Positions 9,886 through 21,395 are shown, numbered from the stretch's first letter. The stretch is DNA of 64,000 bases from Polyangiales bacterium (GCA_038231275.1 JBBRLQ010000007.1:128001-192000); one strand, 5' to 3'. Notes: generated by a model from the letters alone, not told the origin. A program made the numbers and translations.

Positions 9886-10368
9886 CTAGGTCGCGGCGGA
9901 TGCGGTTTGGCCTAGCCGACCTGCGGCCGCGGAGCGATGGCCGGTCGCCTCCACCATTCCGGATGCCTTCGCCAAGCCGAACGCGGGCATGTTCACGTAG
10001 ACCGTCTCGAAATTTCCTGCCGGAACGCGGTACGTCTCGTGCCATATGCCGACGTCGCCGTTCGTGCCGATGTGCTTGTTGAACGCGCGCCACGCCGGCA
10101 AGTGCGCCGAGTCTCGCGCCTTGGCGTACGCGAGCAGCTGCTCCGTCGACTTCCAGTAGCTGACCATGACGGTCGTGCGGCCGAGCCAGCCGTCGGCGCC
10201 GAGCATCCCGAGCTCGGGATGCGCCTTGAGCTCGGCGAGCATCCGCGGCATCGCCATCGCGGTACGCAACCACTGCAACGGCTTCCACCAGCGGTTGAAC
10301 CGCATGCCAATGAGGAAAACGACGACGTCCCCTTGATGCGAGCTCGTCAGGCGCTTGTCGATGATCAT
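9886..10368 (-). CDS. DUF4188 (af470-like monooxygenase) family protein
   Basis: Motifs VVVFLIGMRFN, MPRMLAEL, HLPAWRAF, VGIWHETY and ETVYVNMPAFGL. AGGAG ribosome-binding site upstream of ATG 10368. Confidence 0.8.
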   Translation of the reverse strand: MIIDKRLTSSHQGDVVVFLIGMRFNRWWKPLQWLRTAMAMPRMLAELKAHPELGMLGADGWLGRTTVMVSYWKSTEQLLAYAKARDSAHLPAWRAFNKHIGTNGDVGIWHETYRVPAGNFETVYVNMPAFGLAKASGMVEATGHRSAAAGRLGQTASAAT

Positions 10369-10382
10369 GGGCTTCTCCTTCT

Positions 10383-10401
10383 TTGTGAACATTGTTCACA
10401 A
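10383..10401. promoter_or_regulatory. Palindromic operator (probable TetR site), copy 1
   Basis: Perfect inverted repeat TTGTGAACA-T-TGTTCACAA upstream of the DUF4188 gene. Confidence 0.8.
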
Positions 10402-10416
10402 CGAGAGCAAAAAAAA

Positions 10417-11142
10417 TCAGGAACCGAGGCTCTGGAGCATCCGTTCGACGGACTCGCGGTAGAGGGCTGCGAACGACGCTTCGTCGCCCACCGGGCCGAG
10501 GTGACCGGAGAGGCGGAGCGAGATGAGACCGTGCAGGTGGGACCAGATCAAGACCGCGATTTTTTCGGGCAGCCCCTCGTCGAGCATTCCGGCGGCCATG
10601 CATTCGCGGACGCGATCGACCAGGAACCGGAACGTCGGGTCTTCGGCCATGGCGGCCAGATCCTTGCGCCCGGCGCGCGCGGGGAGGGAAGGCGCCGAAC
10701 GATGGATATCTTCTGCGGTGCTCATGAAGATGAAGCGGTAGTCCCTCGGGTTCTCGAGCGCGAAACGCAGGTATTGGTCTGCGCTCGTGAGCATTCGCTC
10801 GCGCGGGGTGCCCGCTCCCAGGGCGCGAACGAGGTAACTCGAGAAGACCGCGAAGCCCTGCGCGCACGCCGCATCCACGAGGGCGTCTTTGCCATCGAAG
10901 TGGCGGTAGACGCCGGCCGCGGAGACTCCCACGCGACGCGCGACTTCTCTGAGCGAAAAATTGGCGACGCCCCCTTCCAGAAAGACGTCCCGCGCGGCGG
11001 CGACGAGGCGAGAGCGCGTGTCATCGGAGGCGTGTTGGGCAGGCCGCCCCATCCCGCGTCCGCGTCCCTCGGCCGAGGGACGACCACCCCCGCGCCCGCT
11101 CGGTGCGGCGGCGGGCATGCGTGAACGAGCGGGGCGCATCAT
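10417..11142 (-). CDS. TetR/AcrR family regulator
   Basis: HTH RLVAAARDVF...FSLREVARRVGVSAAGVYRHF and WHG-like C-terminus (WSHLHGL). Start is 11142 or 11052. Confidence 0.92.
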   Translation of the reverse strand: MMRPARSRMPAAAPSGRGGGRPSAEGRGRGMGRPAQHASDDTRSRLVAAARDVFLEGGVANFSLREVARRVGVSAAGVYRHFDGKDALVDAACAQGFAVFSSYLVRALGAGTPRERMLTSADQYLRFALENPRDYRFIFMSTAEDIHRSAPSLPARAGRKDLAAMAEDPTFRFLVDRVRECMAAGMLDEGLPEKIAVLIWSHLHGLISLRLSGHLGPVGDEASFAALYRESVERMLQSLGS

Positions 11143-11157
11143 GTGAACAGTGTTAAC
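11143..11157. promoter_or_regulatory. Palindromic operator (probable TetR site), copy 2
   Basis: GTGAACA-G-TGTTAAC is a near match to the 10383 site and abuts the tetR ATG. Confidence 0.7.
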
Positions 11158-11225
11158 TTAGCTTCGTCGGGGGGGACCGTCAACCGATCCCTGCGAAAAA
11201 TCCGGCGCGGTGGTAAATCAGCGCC

Positions 11226-12254
11226 ATGCCCGACGTGCTCGACCCGCGTGCCACACCCGCCGCGAGCGCTCGCTCGCTTCTCCGAGTCCTCGTCGTGACC
11301 GCTGCTACCGCGATGGGGTGCGCCTCCGCGGAAGGCGGGCGTCCCTCCTCTGTCCCCGCGCCCGCGTCTGTACGCGCGGCCGGAACCTGCATCGCCGCTC
11401 CAGCAAGGTCGGCGCGCCCGTCGCGGTTGGCGTTGGCGGTCCTCGGCTCAGGCGGGCCCCGCAGCTTCGGCCGCGCAGCCTCGGGCTACGTGCTCTTCGT
11501 GGATGGCGTCGCTCGTGCCCTCGTCGACGTTGGTCCCGGAGCGTTCGTTCGCCTCGGCGAGATGGGCGTCGATCTTCATCGGCTCGACACGGTGCTCCTC
11601 ACCCACCTTCACATCGATCACGCTGGGGATCTTCCGGCGTTCGTGAAATCGCGTGACCTCACGTACGACGAACCGCTCGATTTTCGCATATTCGGCCCGA
11701 ACGGCGCCGGTGCCTACCCGAGCACCACCGCATTCGTCGATCGTCTCTTCGGCGCGCACGGCGCGTTCGCATACTTGCCGAAATTCCGAAACACTCTCTC
11801 GCTCAATACCGTGGACCTTCCCATCGCGCCTGACGCGCCCATTCGGGAGGTCCTTCGCGATGGAGACCTGCGCGTGACGTCGACCGCGGTCGATCATGAC
11901 GACGTCCCTGCGGTCGCGTTTCGCGTCGCCTACGCGGGGCGCGCGATCGTCGTCTCCGGCGACCTGGCGTCGAAGAACGACAACCTCACACGCCTCGCCG
12001 AGGGCGCCGACCTCCTCGTCTACGACACGGCGGTGCTCGACCCGCCCGGGTCGCCCGACAAACTCTACGATTTGCACACCCCGCCGTCGCGCATCGGCGA
12101 AGTCGCTGCAAGCGCGCACGTGAAGTCGCTCCTTCTGAGCCACCTGCCGCCGCCCGTCGAGAAGGCCGAAGACGCCGTCCTGCGATCCGTGCGAACAGCG
12201 TTCGCAGGCCCGGCCCGGTTCGCGACCGACTGCATGCGCGTCGACATGGACTGA
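11226..12254 (+). CDS. MBL-fold metallohydrolase (RNase Z/AtsA-like), probable lipoprotein
   Basis: Motifs VLGSGGP, THLHIDH, VSGD, HT and LSHL; hydrophobic signal ending AMG-C. Confidence 0.85.
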   Translation: MPDVLDPRATPAASARSLLRVLVVTAATAMGCASAEGGRPSSVPAPASVRAAGTCIAAPARSARPSRLALAVLGSGGPRSFGRAASGYVLFVDGVARALVDVGPGAFVRLGEMGVDLHRLDTVLLTHLHIDHAGDLPAFVKSRDLTYDEPLDFRIFGPNGAGAYPSTTAFVDRLFGAHGAFAYLPKFRNTLSLNTVDLPIAPDAPIREVLRDGDLRVTSTAVDHDDVPAVAFRVAYAGRAIVVSGDLASKNDNLTRLAEGADLLVYDTAVLDPPGSPDKLYDLHTPPSRIGEVAASAHVKSLLLSHLPPPVEKAEDAVLRSVRTAFAGPARFATDCMRVDMD

Positions 12255-12269
12255 CGCAGACGAAGTCGC

Positions 12270-12746
12270 TCAGCGCGTCCTCGCGAGGCGCTGCTGGCGT
12301 CTCGCTTCGCCGGAGGCTTGTGAGGCGCGCACGTCGTCGCCGTCGAGGAGGAGGCGCGGGACGGGCGTCGGGGTGCCGTCGTCCGCGATGGCGACGAACG
12401 TGACGAGCGCGTCGACGCAGGGCCAGCGCCTTCCGGTCCTGCTGTCCTCGCCTTCGACCATCACCTCGACTTCCATCGACGTGCGGAAGGTCGCAGTCAC
12501 GCGGGCGCGCAGGCGGACGACCTCGCCCACTTTGACCGGGGCCTGGAATTTGAGATCGTCGACGAAGGCGGTGACGGCCATTTTTCCGGAGTGGCGTTGG
12601 GCGGAGATGGCCGCGCAGAGATCGACCCACGCCATGATCTGTCCGCCGAAGACGTTGCCCAGCGCGTTGGCGTGCTGGGGGAGGACGTACTCGGTCATTT
12701 CGGTGACCGAGGCGGCCTGGGGGCGGGCGGGGGTTTCGGTCGGCAT
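12270..12746 (-). CDS. Hotdog-fold acyl-CoA thioesterase (YciA-like)
   Basis: Motifs VLPQHANALGNVFGG, WVD, F-APVKVGE, TSMEVEV and TFVA. Confidence 0.9.
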   Translation of the reverse strand: MPTETPARPQAASVTEMTEYVLPQHANALGNVFGGQIMAWVDLCAAISAQRHSGKMAVTAFVDDLKFQAPVKVGEVVRLRARVTATFRTSMEVEVMVEGEDSRTGRRWPCVDALVTFVAIADDGTPTPVPRLLLDGDDVRASQASGEARRQQRLARTR

Positions 12747-12815
12747 TTCGGGTTTGTAGCGCTTGGATGGGGTGATTGGCGAAGTTCGCTTGACCTCCCG
12801 CCGGCACGCGCTAGA

Positions 12816-12833
12816 GGAATGAACGTTCATTCC
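12816..12833. promoter_or_regulatory. Palindromic operator (probable TetR site), copy 1
   Basis: Perfect 18-bp palindrome GGAATGAAC|GTTCATTCC, ending 8 nt before the tetR ATG. Confidence 0.85.
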
Positions 12834-12841
12834 GGACTTCA

Positions 12842-13420
12842 ATGACTGACAAGACCGACAAAACCGACAAACGCGACCTGATCCTGGCTGCCGCGCTCAC
12901 GCTGTTCGCGGAGCGGGGCTTCCACGGGACCGCGGTGCCGCTGCTCGCCAGCGAGGCCGGCGTCGGCGCGGGCACCATCTATCGCTACTTCGAAAACAAG
13001 GAGGCGATCGTCAACGCGCTCTACTTGAAATGGAAGTGGGAGCTCGGTCACGCCATCCTGACGGACTTTCCCACTGGCGCCCCGGCAAGGCAGCAATTTA
13101 AGCACTTTTGGCAGCGCGCCGCTTGTTTCGCGAGCGATAACCCGCTCGCGTTCAAGTTCCTCGAGCTGCATCACCACGCGCCCTATCTGAACAAGGACGC
13201 ACGCACGCTCGAGGATCAGGTCCTCGCACCGGCGTTCCAGTTTTTCGCGGCCACATCCGCCCAAAAAATCACAAAGCCGCTCCCCACGGAGCTACTGGGC
13301 TCTGTGGTCTGGGGCGCGCTCGTCGGCCTCGTGAAATCGGCGTGGGAAGGCCGGATCGGGCTCACTCAGGAGGTCATCGACGCCGCCGAGCAATGCTGCT
13401 GGGAGGCGATTCGTGCGTAA
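12842..13420 (+). CDS. TetR/AcrR family regulator
   Basis: HTH ILAAALTLFAERGFHGT...AGVGAGTIYRYFENKE. Confidence 0.94.
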   Translation: MTDKTDKTDKRDLILAAALTLFAERGFHGTAVPLLASEAGVGAGTIYRYFENKEAIVNALYLKWKWELGHAILTDFPTGAPARQQFKHFWQRAACFASDNPLAFKFLELHHHAPYLNKDARTLEDQVLAPAFQFFAATSAQKITKPLPTELLGSVVWGALVGLVKSAWEGRIGLTQEVIDAAEQCCWEAIRA

Positions 13421-13447
13421 ATATGCGTTGTTTTTGTTGTTTCATCA

Positions 13448-13467
13448 CGGAATGAATGTTCATTCCG
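13448..13467. promoter_or_regulatory. Palindromic operator (probable TetR site), copy 2
   Basis: CGGAATGAATGTTCATTCCG has one mismatch to copy 1 and lies just upstream of the SDR RBS (AGGAG). Confidence 0.85.
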
Positions 13468-13485
13468 CATAGGAGAATTTTGGCC

Positions 13486-14367
13486 ATGAAGTCGCTCATC
13501 ATCCTCATCACCGGCGCTACCGCCGGCATCGGCCGCCACGCCGCCCTCCACCTCGCCCGCGCCGGCCACCGCGTCATCGCGACCGGTCGCAAGCCCGCCC
13601 TCCTCGCGGACCTCCGCAAACAGGCCGCCGGCACCAATCTCGAGACCCTGGAGCTCGACGTCACCCGCGCCGAGTCGATCGACGCCGCGCGCGAAGAGAT
13701 TGCCGCGCGGACGAGCGGTTACGGCATCGACGTCCTCGTCAACAACGCCGGCTATGGCCTCATGGGGCCCCTCGAAGAGATCAGTGACGTCGATCTTCGC
13801 GCGCAGTACGACACGAACGTTTTCGGCCTCGTCGCCATGATCCGCGCGTTCGTGCCGCAGATGCGCGCGCGCGGCGCCGGACGCGTCATCAACGTGAGCA
13901 GCATGGGCGGGCGAATGACGTTCCCGTTCATGGGCGCGTACAACTCGACGAAGTACGCCGTCGAATCGCTCAGCGACGCGCTGCGGATGGAGCTGGCTCC
14001 GTTCGGGGTCGCGGTATCGCTCATCGAGCCGGGCGCGATCAAGAGCGACTTCGCCGACCGCGCGATGTCCACGACCCGGTCGGTCGCCGGCTCACCGTAC
14101 GCGCCGATCCTCTCGGACGCCGATCGGATGAAGAAGCAGTTCGAGGCGACCGAGGTCGGGCCCGAGTGCGTCTCGCGCGCCATCGAGAAGGCGGCGACGG
14201 CGCGGTGGCCTCGCGCGCGCTATGTCGCGCCGGCCCGGACGCTCTTTGCGCTCTTCCTGATGCGCGTTCTTCCCACGTCGTGGACCGACGCGCTCCTGCG
14301 GACCGCTACGGGCTTGACGCGGCGGAAGCTCGGCGCAGGCGCCGGCGCGCATCCCGCGCTCGGATGA
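13486..14367 (+). CDS. SDR family oxidoreductase
   Basis: Motifs TGATAGIG, NNAG, SS, YNSTK and EPG; AGGAG RBS. Confidence 0.93.
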   Translation: MKSLIILITGATAGIGRHAALHLARAGHRVIATGRKPALLADLRKQAAGTNLETLELDVTRAESIDAAREEIAARTSGYGIDVLVNNAGYGLMGPLEEISDVDLRAQYDTNVFGLVAMIRAFVPQMRARGAGRVINVSSMGGRMTFPFMGAYNSTKYAVESLSDALRMELAPFGVAVSLIEPGAIKSDFADRAMSTTRSVAGSPYAPILSDADRMKKQFEATEVGPECVSRAIEKAATARWPRARYVAPARTLFALFLMRVLPTSWTDALLRTATGLTRRKLGAGAGAHPALG

Positions 14368-14425
14368 CGTCTCGTCCTCACGCCTGCGTCGTCGTGCGCT
14401 CGTCCGGGGACGCGCGTCCAGATCG

Positions 14426-16561
14426 TCACGGGGCGAGCACGCGCACGTCGAGGTTCCACGCGCCCTGCGCGCCCGCGTAGCCGTCAACCACGATCCAGTA
14501 CGTGCCCGCATCGAGGGTGAGGTCGAGGAAGCTGCGCGCGCCCGTCGCGCCGACGTAGCACGCGCCGGGGACCTCCAGCCCGGGGCACGTCGCGCCGGTG
14601 CGCACGTCGAGTATCGTCGAATAGACGGAGCCCTCCATGTCGAAGACAACGCGCCGCGTCTGGGTGAGCACGAGGCGGAGCACCTGATCGGGCGCGCCGC
14701 CGGTGCCCGCGGGCGGCGCGTCGCACCCGTCGTCGAAGTCGGACGCCAGAGCGGTGGTGTCGCCGCTGAAAAAACCGCCTCCCGAGGGAATGTCGATGGC
14801 GGCGGCGCACCCGTCTGCGCCCGACCCCACGATCGTCGCCGCGACGGTCGGCCGCACGAGCACGCTGACCGAGTCGAGCTCTCCCAGTGTATCCGAGAGC
14901 ACGACGCGGTAGTCGCCGGCCGGCACCGCGCGCCTGTCGACGCGCACGGGGGTAGGGCCCGACGCGCAGGCAAGGTTGTCGGCGGGCTGGCACGCCGCGA
15001 GATCCAGCGCCACGCCGCCGAGCTCGTTCTGCGGGAAGCGCGCGATGATCAGCACGTCGCTCGTTTGCGCCAGCGGCAGCGCGAGGGCCGCGTTTGGCCG
15101 CCCGGGGTTGCATCCGTCCCGGATCGCGTCCTCGTGGTCGGCGAGCGAGATGGCCGTCGGCGCAGCGTTGATCGTCGCCGCGGGCGCGGTCACGCACGTT
15201 TGATCCGTCGGCGTTGCGGTCGGCGCCGATGCGATCACCGTGACGCTCGCGTCGAGCACCGTGCTTCCGGCGATCGCGACGAAATACGTCCCCGCCGGGA
15301 GGTTCCGCGCGAAGAGCGGCAGCGACGACGACGAGGTGCAGCGAAGCTCGTCGGAGAGCAGGGCGCAGCCGGGGCCACGCAGCTCGACGACGGGCACGCC
15401 GCTCCCACGCGACGTCGACGTGAGCACCTTCACGTCGGCCGGAGCCGCAAGCGCGAACGAGTACACGAGCTCCCCGGTCTTCGACGGGCACGCGCTCGGG
15501 AGATCTTTCGTCGCGTCGATGAGCTCGACGGTCAGCGCTGCGCCGAGCGTCAGCGGCGCGGCAGTCGCGCAGGTCTCGTTGCTCGGACGCGCCGTCGGCG
15601 CGCGGAAATCGACCGCGAGCTCCACCGTCGCCTCGAGCTGCGAGGTAACGACGACCGCGTAGGTGCCCGGCGGGAGGTCGCGCGCGCGCGCGCGGGTGGT
15701 CGTCCCTCCGCCCGCGCCGCACGCGAGCTCGGATGCGGGAACGCCGCACGTGCCGAGGATCGCGAGCGCGACCTCGGTCCCGGAGGCGGTCGCCCAAAGG
15801 TCCAGGTCCTTGTTTCCACCGGCGGGAATCGTGACGAGCGCGACCACGTCGTGCGCGGCGGCCGGCGTCGTCACCCCGCACGTCGCCGCGTAGTCGGGCC
15901 GCGCGCCCACCGTCGACAGCGCGTACGTGCCAGGCCCTCCGATCGCGTCGCCGTTCGCGCACGTGTCGTAGGCCGGTGTCGCGCACGGCGTCTCGTCGAC
16001 GACACCGTCGCAGTCGTCGTCTTTGGAGTTGCCACAGACTTCTTCGTGCGTCGACGCCACGGTCGGATCGCGATCGTCGCAATCTTTCCCTGGGGCGCAG
16101 TGTTCGTCCGCATCGCCGTCGCGGTCCAGATCACGCGGGTCGTGCGCGCACGACTTCATGTCCTCGAGGCACGTGTCGATCGTGCACGCGGTTCCGTCTT
16201 GGCAAGTCTGCGCAGCGCCAGCGCCGCAGCCCGTGCCCAGCGCGCATTGCTCGCGACCGTTGCAGTAGAGGTGATCGTCGCAGAGCGAGTCGTCCGGCAC
16301 ATTGCGGCAGCGGTGCAGCGCCGCGTCGCAGGCGTCGGCCGTGCAGGCCACACGATCGTCGCATTGGGTGTCGTCGAGGCAGGGCCCGCCAAGGGTCGGA
16401 TCGGCGTCGGCGCGCGCGTCGGGAGGCGGCGCCTCTACGTCCGCGGCGTCCGTCGCGTCGGGGCCCGCGTCGGCGCGCACGAGCACGTCGCGCGACGGAG
16501 AGCCGCACCCGACGACCGCGGCGAGCGCGACGATCGTGGCAGTGCGGCGCGCGACGCTCAT
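14426..16561 (-). CDS. Large Cys-rich surface lipoprotein with putative metal-binding (DCDD...DDDCDG) motif and four repeated beta-sandwich units
   Basis: Lipobox VVG-C, CDD/CT-D-C repeats and DCDDRDP...VCGNSKDDDCDGVVDE. Repeats begin YDTC, NETC, DQTC and DGC. Confidence 0.75.
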   Translation of the reverse strand: MSVARRTATIVALAAVVGCGSPSRDVLVRADAGPDATDAADVEAPPPDARADADPTLGGPCLDDTQCDDRVACTADACDAALHRCRNVPDDSLCDDHLYCNGREQCALGTGCGAGAAQTCQDGTACTIDTCLEDMKSCAHDPRDLDRDGDADEHCAPGKDCDDRDPTVASTHEEVCGNSKDDDCDGVVDETPCATPAYDTCANGDAIGGPGTYALSTVGARPDYAATCGVTTPAAAHDVVALVTIPAGGNKDLDLWATASGTEVALAILGTCGVPASELACGAGGGTTTRARARDLPPGTYAVVVTSQLEATVELAVDFRAPTARPSNETCATAAPLTLGAALTVELIDATKDLPSACPSKTGELVYSFALAAPADVKVLTSTSRGSGVPVVELRGPGCALLSDELRCTSSSSLPLFARNLPAGTYFVAIAGSTVLDASVTVIASAPTATPTDQTCVTAPAATINAAPTAISLADHEDAIRDGCNPGRPNAALALPLAQTSDVLIIARFPQNELGGVALDLAACQPADNLACASGPTPVRVDRRAVPAGDYRVVLSDTLGELDSVSVLVRPTVAATIVGSGADGCAAAIDIPSGGGFFSGDTTALASDFDDGCDAPPAGTGGAPDQVLRLVLTQTRRVVFDMEGSVYSTILDVRTGATCPGLEVPGACYVGATGARSFLDLTLDAGTYWIVVDGYAGAQGAWNLDVRVLAP

Positions 16562-16565
16562 GGGA

Positions 16566-18221
<1,656 letters not shown>

Positions 18222-18246
18222 GGATGCCGGTCGGTGTAGCACGAGC

Positions 18247-19593
18247 TCAGCCTTTTTCGGCCCGATCGCGGACGATCCGCGCGAGGGCCTCGCCCGCGGC
18301 GGTCGCGAGCTCCTCCATGCGACGGGTCGCGATCATCGACTCGCCGAGCTCGTCGGCCAGCACCATCACCGTCGCCCGGCCGAAGACCTGCACGCTCGCG
18401 ACCGCGACGTCGCGCGTCGGCGTCCCCATCACGCGCAAGAGGCTCGCGTGCGCGTCGGTCGTGTTGAGCGGACCCAAATAGGCGCCGTGGGTCGCCGCGT
18501 ACGAGAGGATGCTCGCCGCACCGGTCGACACCGAGACCTCTCGGATCGCCGCGACGTCGCCGAGCTCGGGGGTGCAGGTCCAGCCGAGGAACTCGTCGCG
18601 CTTCACGATGAAGAGCGCCACCTTTCGCGCGACGGCGCGCGTGCCCGCGAGGAGCAAATCGAGGACGTCGTCGCGATCGCGCGCCGCGCGCATGCCCGAG
18701 AAGATCGCTCCCGCGTCGGCGTAGAATCCGGGCGGCGGCTGACTTCGGCGCATTCCCGTGGGCATCGCCGGTGGAGGCGGCACCGACGCGAACGTGGGTG
18801 GACGCGGCTCGGTGTTCGGCGGCGGGGGCACCGACTCGGCGGGTGGCGGGATCAGCGTCGTCGGCTCGCGAATGAAGATGACGCGTTCGAGCGCGTTCTC
18901 GAGCGCCTGGCTCAGGTTGTCCCCCGGCGCGAACTCTCCGGCGCCGTCGGGGTCGGCCAGGAGCAGCGCCGGCCGCTGGCTCGGGGTTGGCGGCTCGGGA
19001 TGAATGGAGCGCCGGGTCAGCGGAATGGGGATGTCCCACGTGGGCGGCACCGGCGTGCTGTGCCGCGCGAGCTCGAGCACTCGCGCGTTGGTCAGCGGCG
19101 GCGGGGTCGCTTCGATCGACTGCGTTCCCCACGCCGGCGTGTGGCCGCTGCTCTTGCGCGGCGCCGCACCATTTCCTCCTTCGAGCTCGGCGACCGCGCG
19201 CTCGATCGCCTGCAGCGGTGCGCGCACGACGCGGATCGGCACGTTGAGGAGGTAACCGATCTCGAACGCGCCGTGTGCGTCACGGACGTCGGGCACGACG
19301 ACGTCGACCGTGCCGGTGCGCGGATCCCTGCGGACGGGCACCGCACAGAGGCGCGCGCAGAGCCCGGGCGGCAGGCGCCCGACGAGATCCTTCACCGGCA
19401 CCACCGCGCGCATGCTCGGCGTCTCCGCGCGCGAAATCTCCGCCTCGAGTCGCTCACGCGTCATCGCGCCCACCGACAGGATCGCGCGCACGAGGCACAC
19501 CCGCTCGCGCGCGGACGCCAGGAGCGCTTGCCCCAGCCCCTCCTGCGTAATCGCCTCCGTGAGGAGCAGCGCGCGTCCGAGCTCGAAGCTCAC
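18247..19593 (-). CDS. Protein with GspE/PilB N-terminal (MshEN-like) domain, Pro-rich linker and GAF-like C-terminus
   Basis: [20 protein letters not shown], then [15 protein letters not shown]...VDVVVPD; no ATPase domain. GTG start. Confidence 0.65.
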   Translation of the reverse strand: MSFELGRALLLTEAITQEGLGQALLASARERVCLVRAILSVGAMTRERLEAEISRAETPSMRAVVPVKDLVGRLPPGLCARLCAVPVRRDPRTGTVDVVVPDVRDAHGAFEIGYLLNVPIRVVRAPLQAIERAVAELEGGNGAAPRKSSGHTPAWGTQSIEATPPPLTNARVLELARHSTPVPPTWDIPIPLTRRSIHPEPPTPSQRPALLLADPDGAGEFAPGDNLSQALENALERVIFIREPTTLIPPPAESVPPPPNTEPRPPTFASVPPPPAMPTGMRRSQPPPGFYADAGAIFSGMRAARDRDDVLDLLLAGTRAVARKVALFIVKRDEFLGWTCTPELGDVAAIREVSVSTGAASILSYAATHGAYLGPLNTTDAHASLLRVMGTPTRDVAVASVQVFGRATVMVLADELGESMIATRRMEELATAAGEALARIVRDRAEKG

Positions 19594-19600
19594 GCGCCGA

Positions 19601-19903
19601 TTATCGCCTAAACTGGAACACGACCTCGCTCTTTCGAACGAGCCCCAGCTGATCCCTGGCGATGCGCTCGACGGCCGCCGGATCGTCGCGGAGGGCTCGC
19701 ACCTGCACGCGGAGGTGCGCGACGTCCCGGCGCAGCTCGGCGTTCTCTGCGTTCAGCTCGGTCAGCTCCTTTCCGAGGGCGCGCATGCGCGGCAATCCCT
19801 CGGGCTGGAGGATGAGGAGGGGCGCGCCGACGAACGCGATCCCCAGGATCGCCATGGGGAGCGTCCTCTCGAGGAACTGGGCGAGCTGAGCGGACGAGCG
19901 CAA
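19601..19903 (-). CDS. ftsB: Septum formation initiator (FtsB/DivIC family)
   Basis: Transmembrane segment, coiled coil (ENAELRRDV) and DPAAVERIARDQLGLVRKSEVVF. Start uncertain. Confidence 0.85.
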   Translation of the reverse strand: MRSSAQLAQFLERTLPMAILGIAFVGAPLLILQPEGLPRMRALGKELTELNAENAELRRDVAHLRVQVRALRDDPAAVERIARDQLGLVRKSEVVFQFRR

Positions 19904-19977
19904 GGGTCCTCCACGATAAAACGGCCGCCCCGATCCTGCCCAGTTTGCGGCGCCGCGTGCTACGACTGCGCCTACCC

Positions 19978-21393
19978 ATGGCGTCGCACGAGCCGGTCAT
20001 CGGACTCGAGGTCCACGCGCAGCTCCTCACGCGGACCAAGGTCTTTTGCAGCTGCAGCACGGCCTTCGGGGCCCCTCCAAACACCCATGTCTGCCCGGTG
20101 TGCCTCGGCCTCCCGGGGGCGCTTCCGGTCTTGAACGGGGACGCCGTCACCTTGGCGGTCCGCGCGGCGCTCGCCCTCGGCTGCGCCATCCGCCCGACGA
20201 GCCGCTTCGCCCGCAAGAACTACTTCTACCCGGATCTGCCGAAGGGCTATCAGATCAGCCAGTTCGACGAGCCGTTCGCCGAGCACGGCCACGTCGATCT
20301 GGCGGAGCGTCGCGTGCGCATCCTCCGCGTCCACATGGAGGAAGACGCCGGCAAGAACCTCCACGGCCGCGGCGGCGACTCCATCGTCGACCTCAACCGC
20401 GCCGGCACGCCCCTCGTGGAGATCGTCAGCGAGCCCGACCTTCGCAGCGCAAAAGAGGCCGCCGAATACCTGCGAATCGTCCGCGACGTCCTCGTCTTCC
20501 TCGCCGTGAACGACGGCAACCTCGAGGAGGGCTCGTTCCGCTGCGACGCCAACGTCTCCATCCGGCCCGTCGGTCAGGAGAAGCTGGGCACGCGCGTCGA
20601 GCTGAAGAACATCAACTCGTTCCGCTTCGTCGAGAAGGCGATCGAGCACGAGATCGCGCGCCAGGAGGCGGTCCTCGCCGCCGGTGGCCGCATCACCCAA
20701 GAGACGCGCGGCTGGGAGGAGAAGTCCGGGACCACTTTTTCGCTCCGCAGCAAAGAGGAGGCGCAGGACTATCGCTACTTCCCCGATCCCGATTTGCCGC
20801 CGCTCACGATCGACGAGGTGTTCGTCGCCAAGGTGCGCGCCGAGAGCCCGGAGCTGCCGAAGGACAAGCGCGCGCGCTTCGTCGACGAGCTCCACCTCAC
20901 GCCGTACGCCGCCGACGTGATGACGCAGCACCCGCGCGTCGCGGCGTTCTTCGAGGAGGCGTCGATGCTCCACGGGGACGCCGTGCGCATCGCCAACTTC
21001 GTCCAGAGCGAGGTCCTGCGCGACGTGACGACCCACGGTCTCACCGCGATCCTGCCCATTTCCCCGCGCCAGCTGGCGGACGTGCTCAAGCTCGTCGACG
21101 CCGGCAAGATCAGCGGCAAGCAGGCGAAGGAGGTCTACGCCAAGCTCAAGGGCACCGAAAAAGCCGCCGCCGACGTGGTCGCCGAGTCCGGCATGGCGGT
21201 CGTCAGCGACGAGAAGGCAATCGAGGCGCTCGTCCGCCGCATCGTGGACGCGAACCCGAAGCAGGCGGAGTCACTCAAAGGGGGCAAGACGAACCTTCTC
21301 GGATTCTTCGTCGGTCAGGTCATGAAGGAGACCAAGGGGAGCGCGAGCCCGCAGGTCGTCAACGACGTCCTGAAGCGCGTCTTGGGGATCTGA
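19978..21393 (+). CDS. gatB: Asp/Glu-tRNA amidotransferase subunit B
   Basis: Motifs VIGLEVHAQL, RKNYFYPDLPKGYQISQ, HMEEDAGK, DLNRAGTPLVE and YRYFPDPDL. Confidence 0.98.
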   Translation: MASHEPVIGLEVHAQLLTRTKVFCSCSTAFGAPPNTHVCPVCLGLPGALPVLNGDAVTLAVRAALALGCAIRPTSRFARKNYFYPDLPKGYQISQFDEPFAEHGHVDLAERRVRILRVHMEEDAGKNLHGRGGDSIVDLNRAGTPLVEIVSEPDLRSAKEAAEYLRIVRDVLVFLAVNDGNLEEGSFRCDANVSIRPVGQEKLGTRVELKNINSFRFVEKAIEHEIARQEAVLAAGGRITQETRGWEEKSGTTFSLRSKEEAQDYRYFPDPDLPPLTIDEVFVAKVRAESPELPKDKRARFVDELHLTPYAADVMTQHPRVAAFFEEASMLHGDAVRIANFVQSEVLRDVTTHGLTAILPISPRQLADVLKLVDAGKISGKQAKEVYAKLKGTEKAAADVVAESGMAVVSDEKAIEALVRRIVDANPKQAESLKGGKTNLLGFFVGQVMKETKGSASPQVVNDVLKRVLGI

Positions 21394-21395
21394 GC

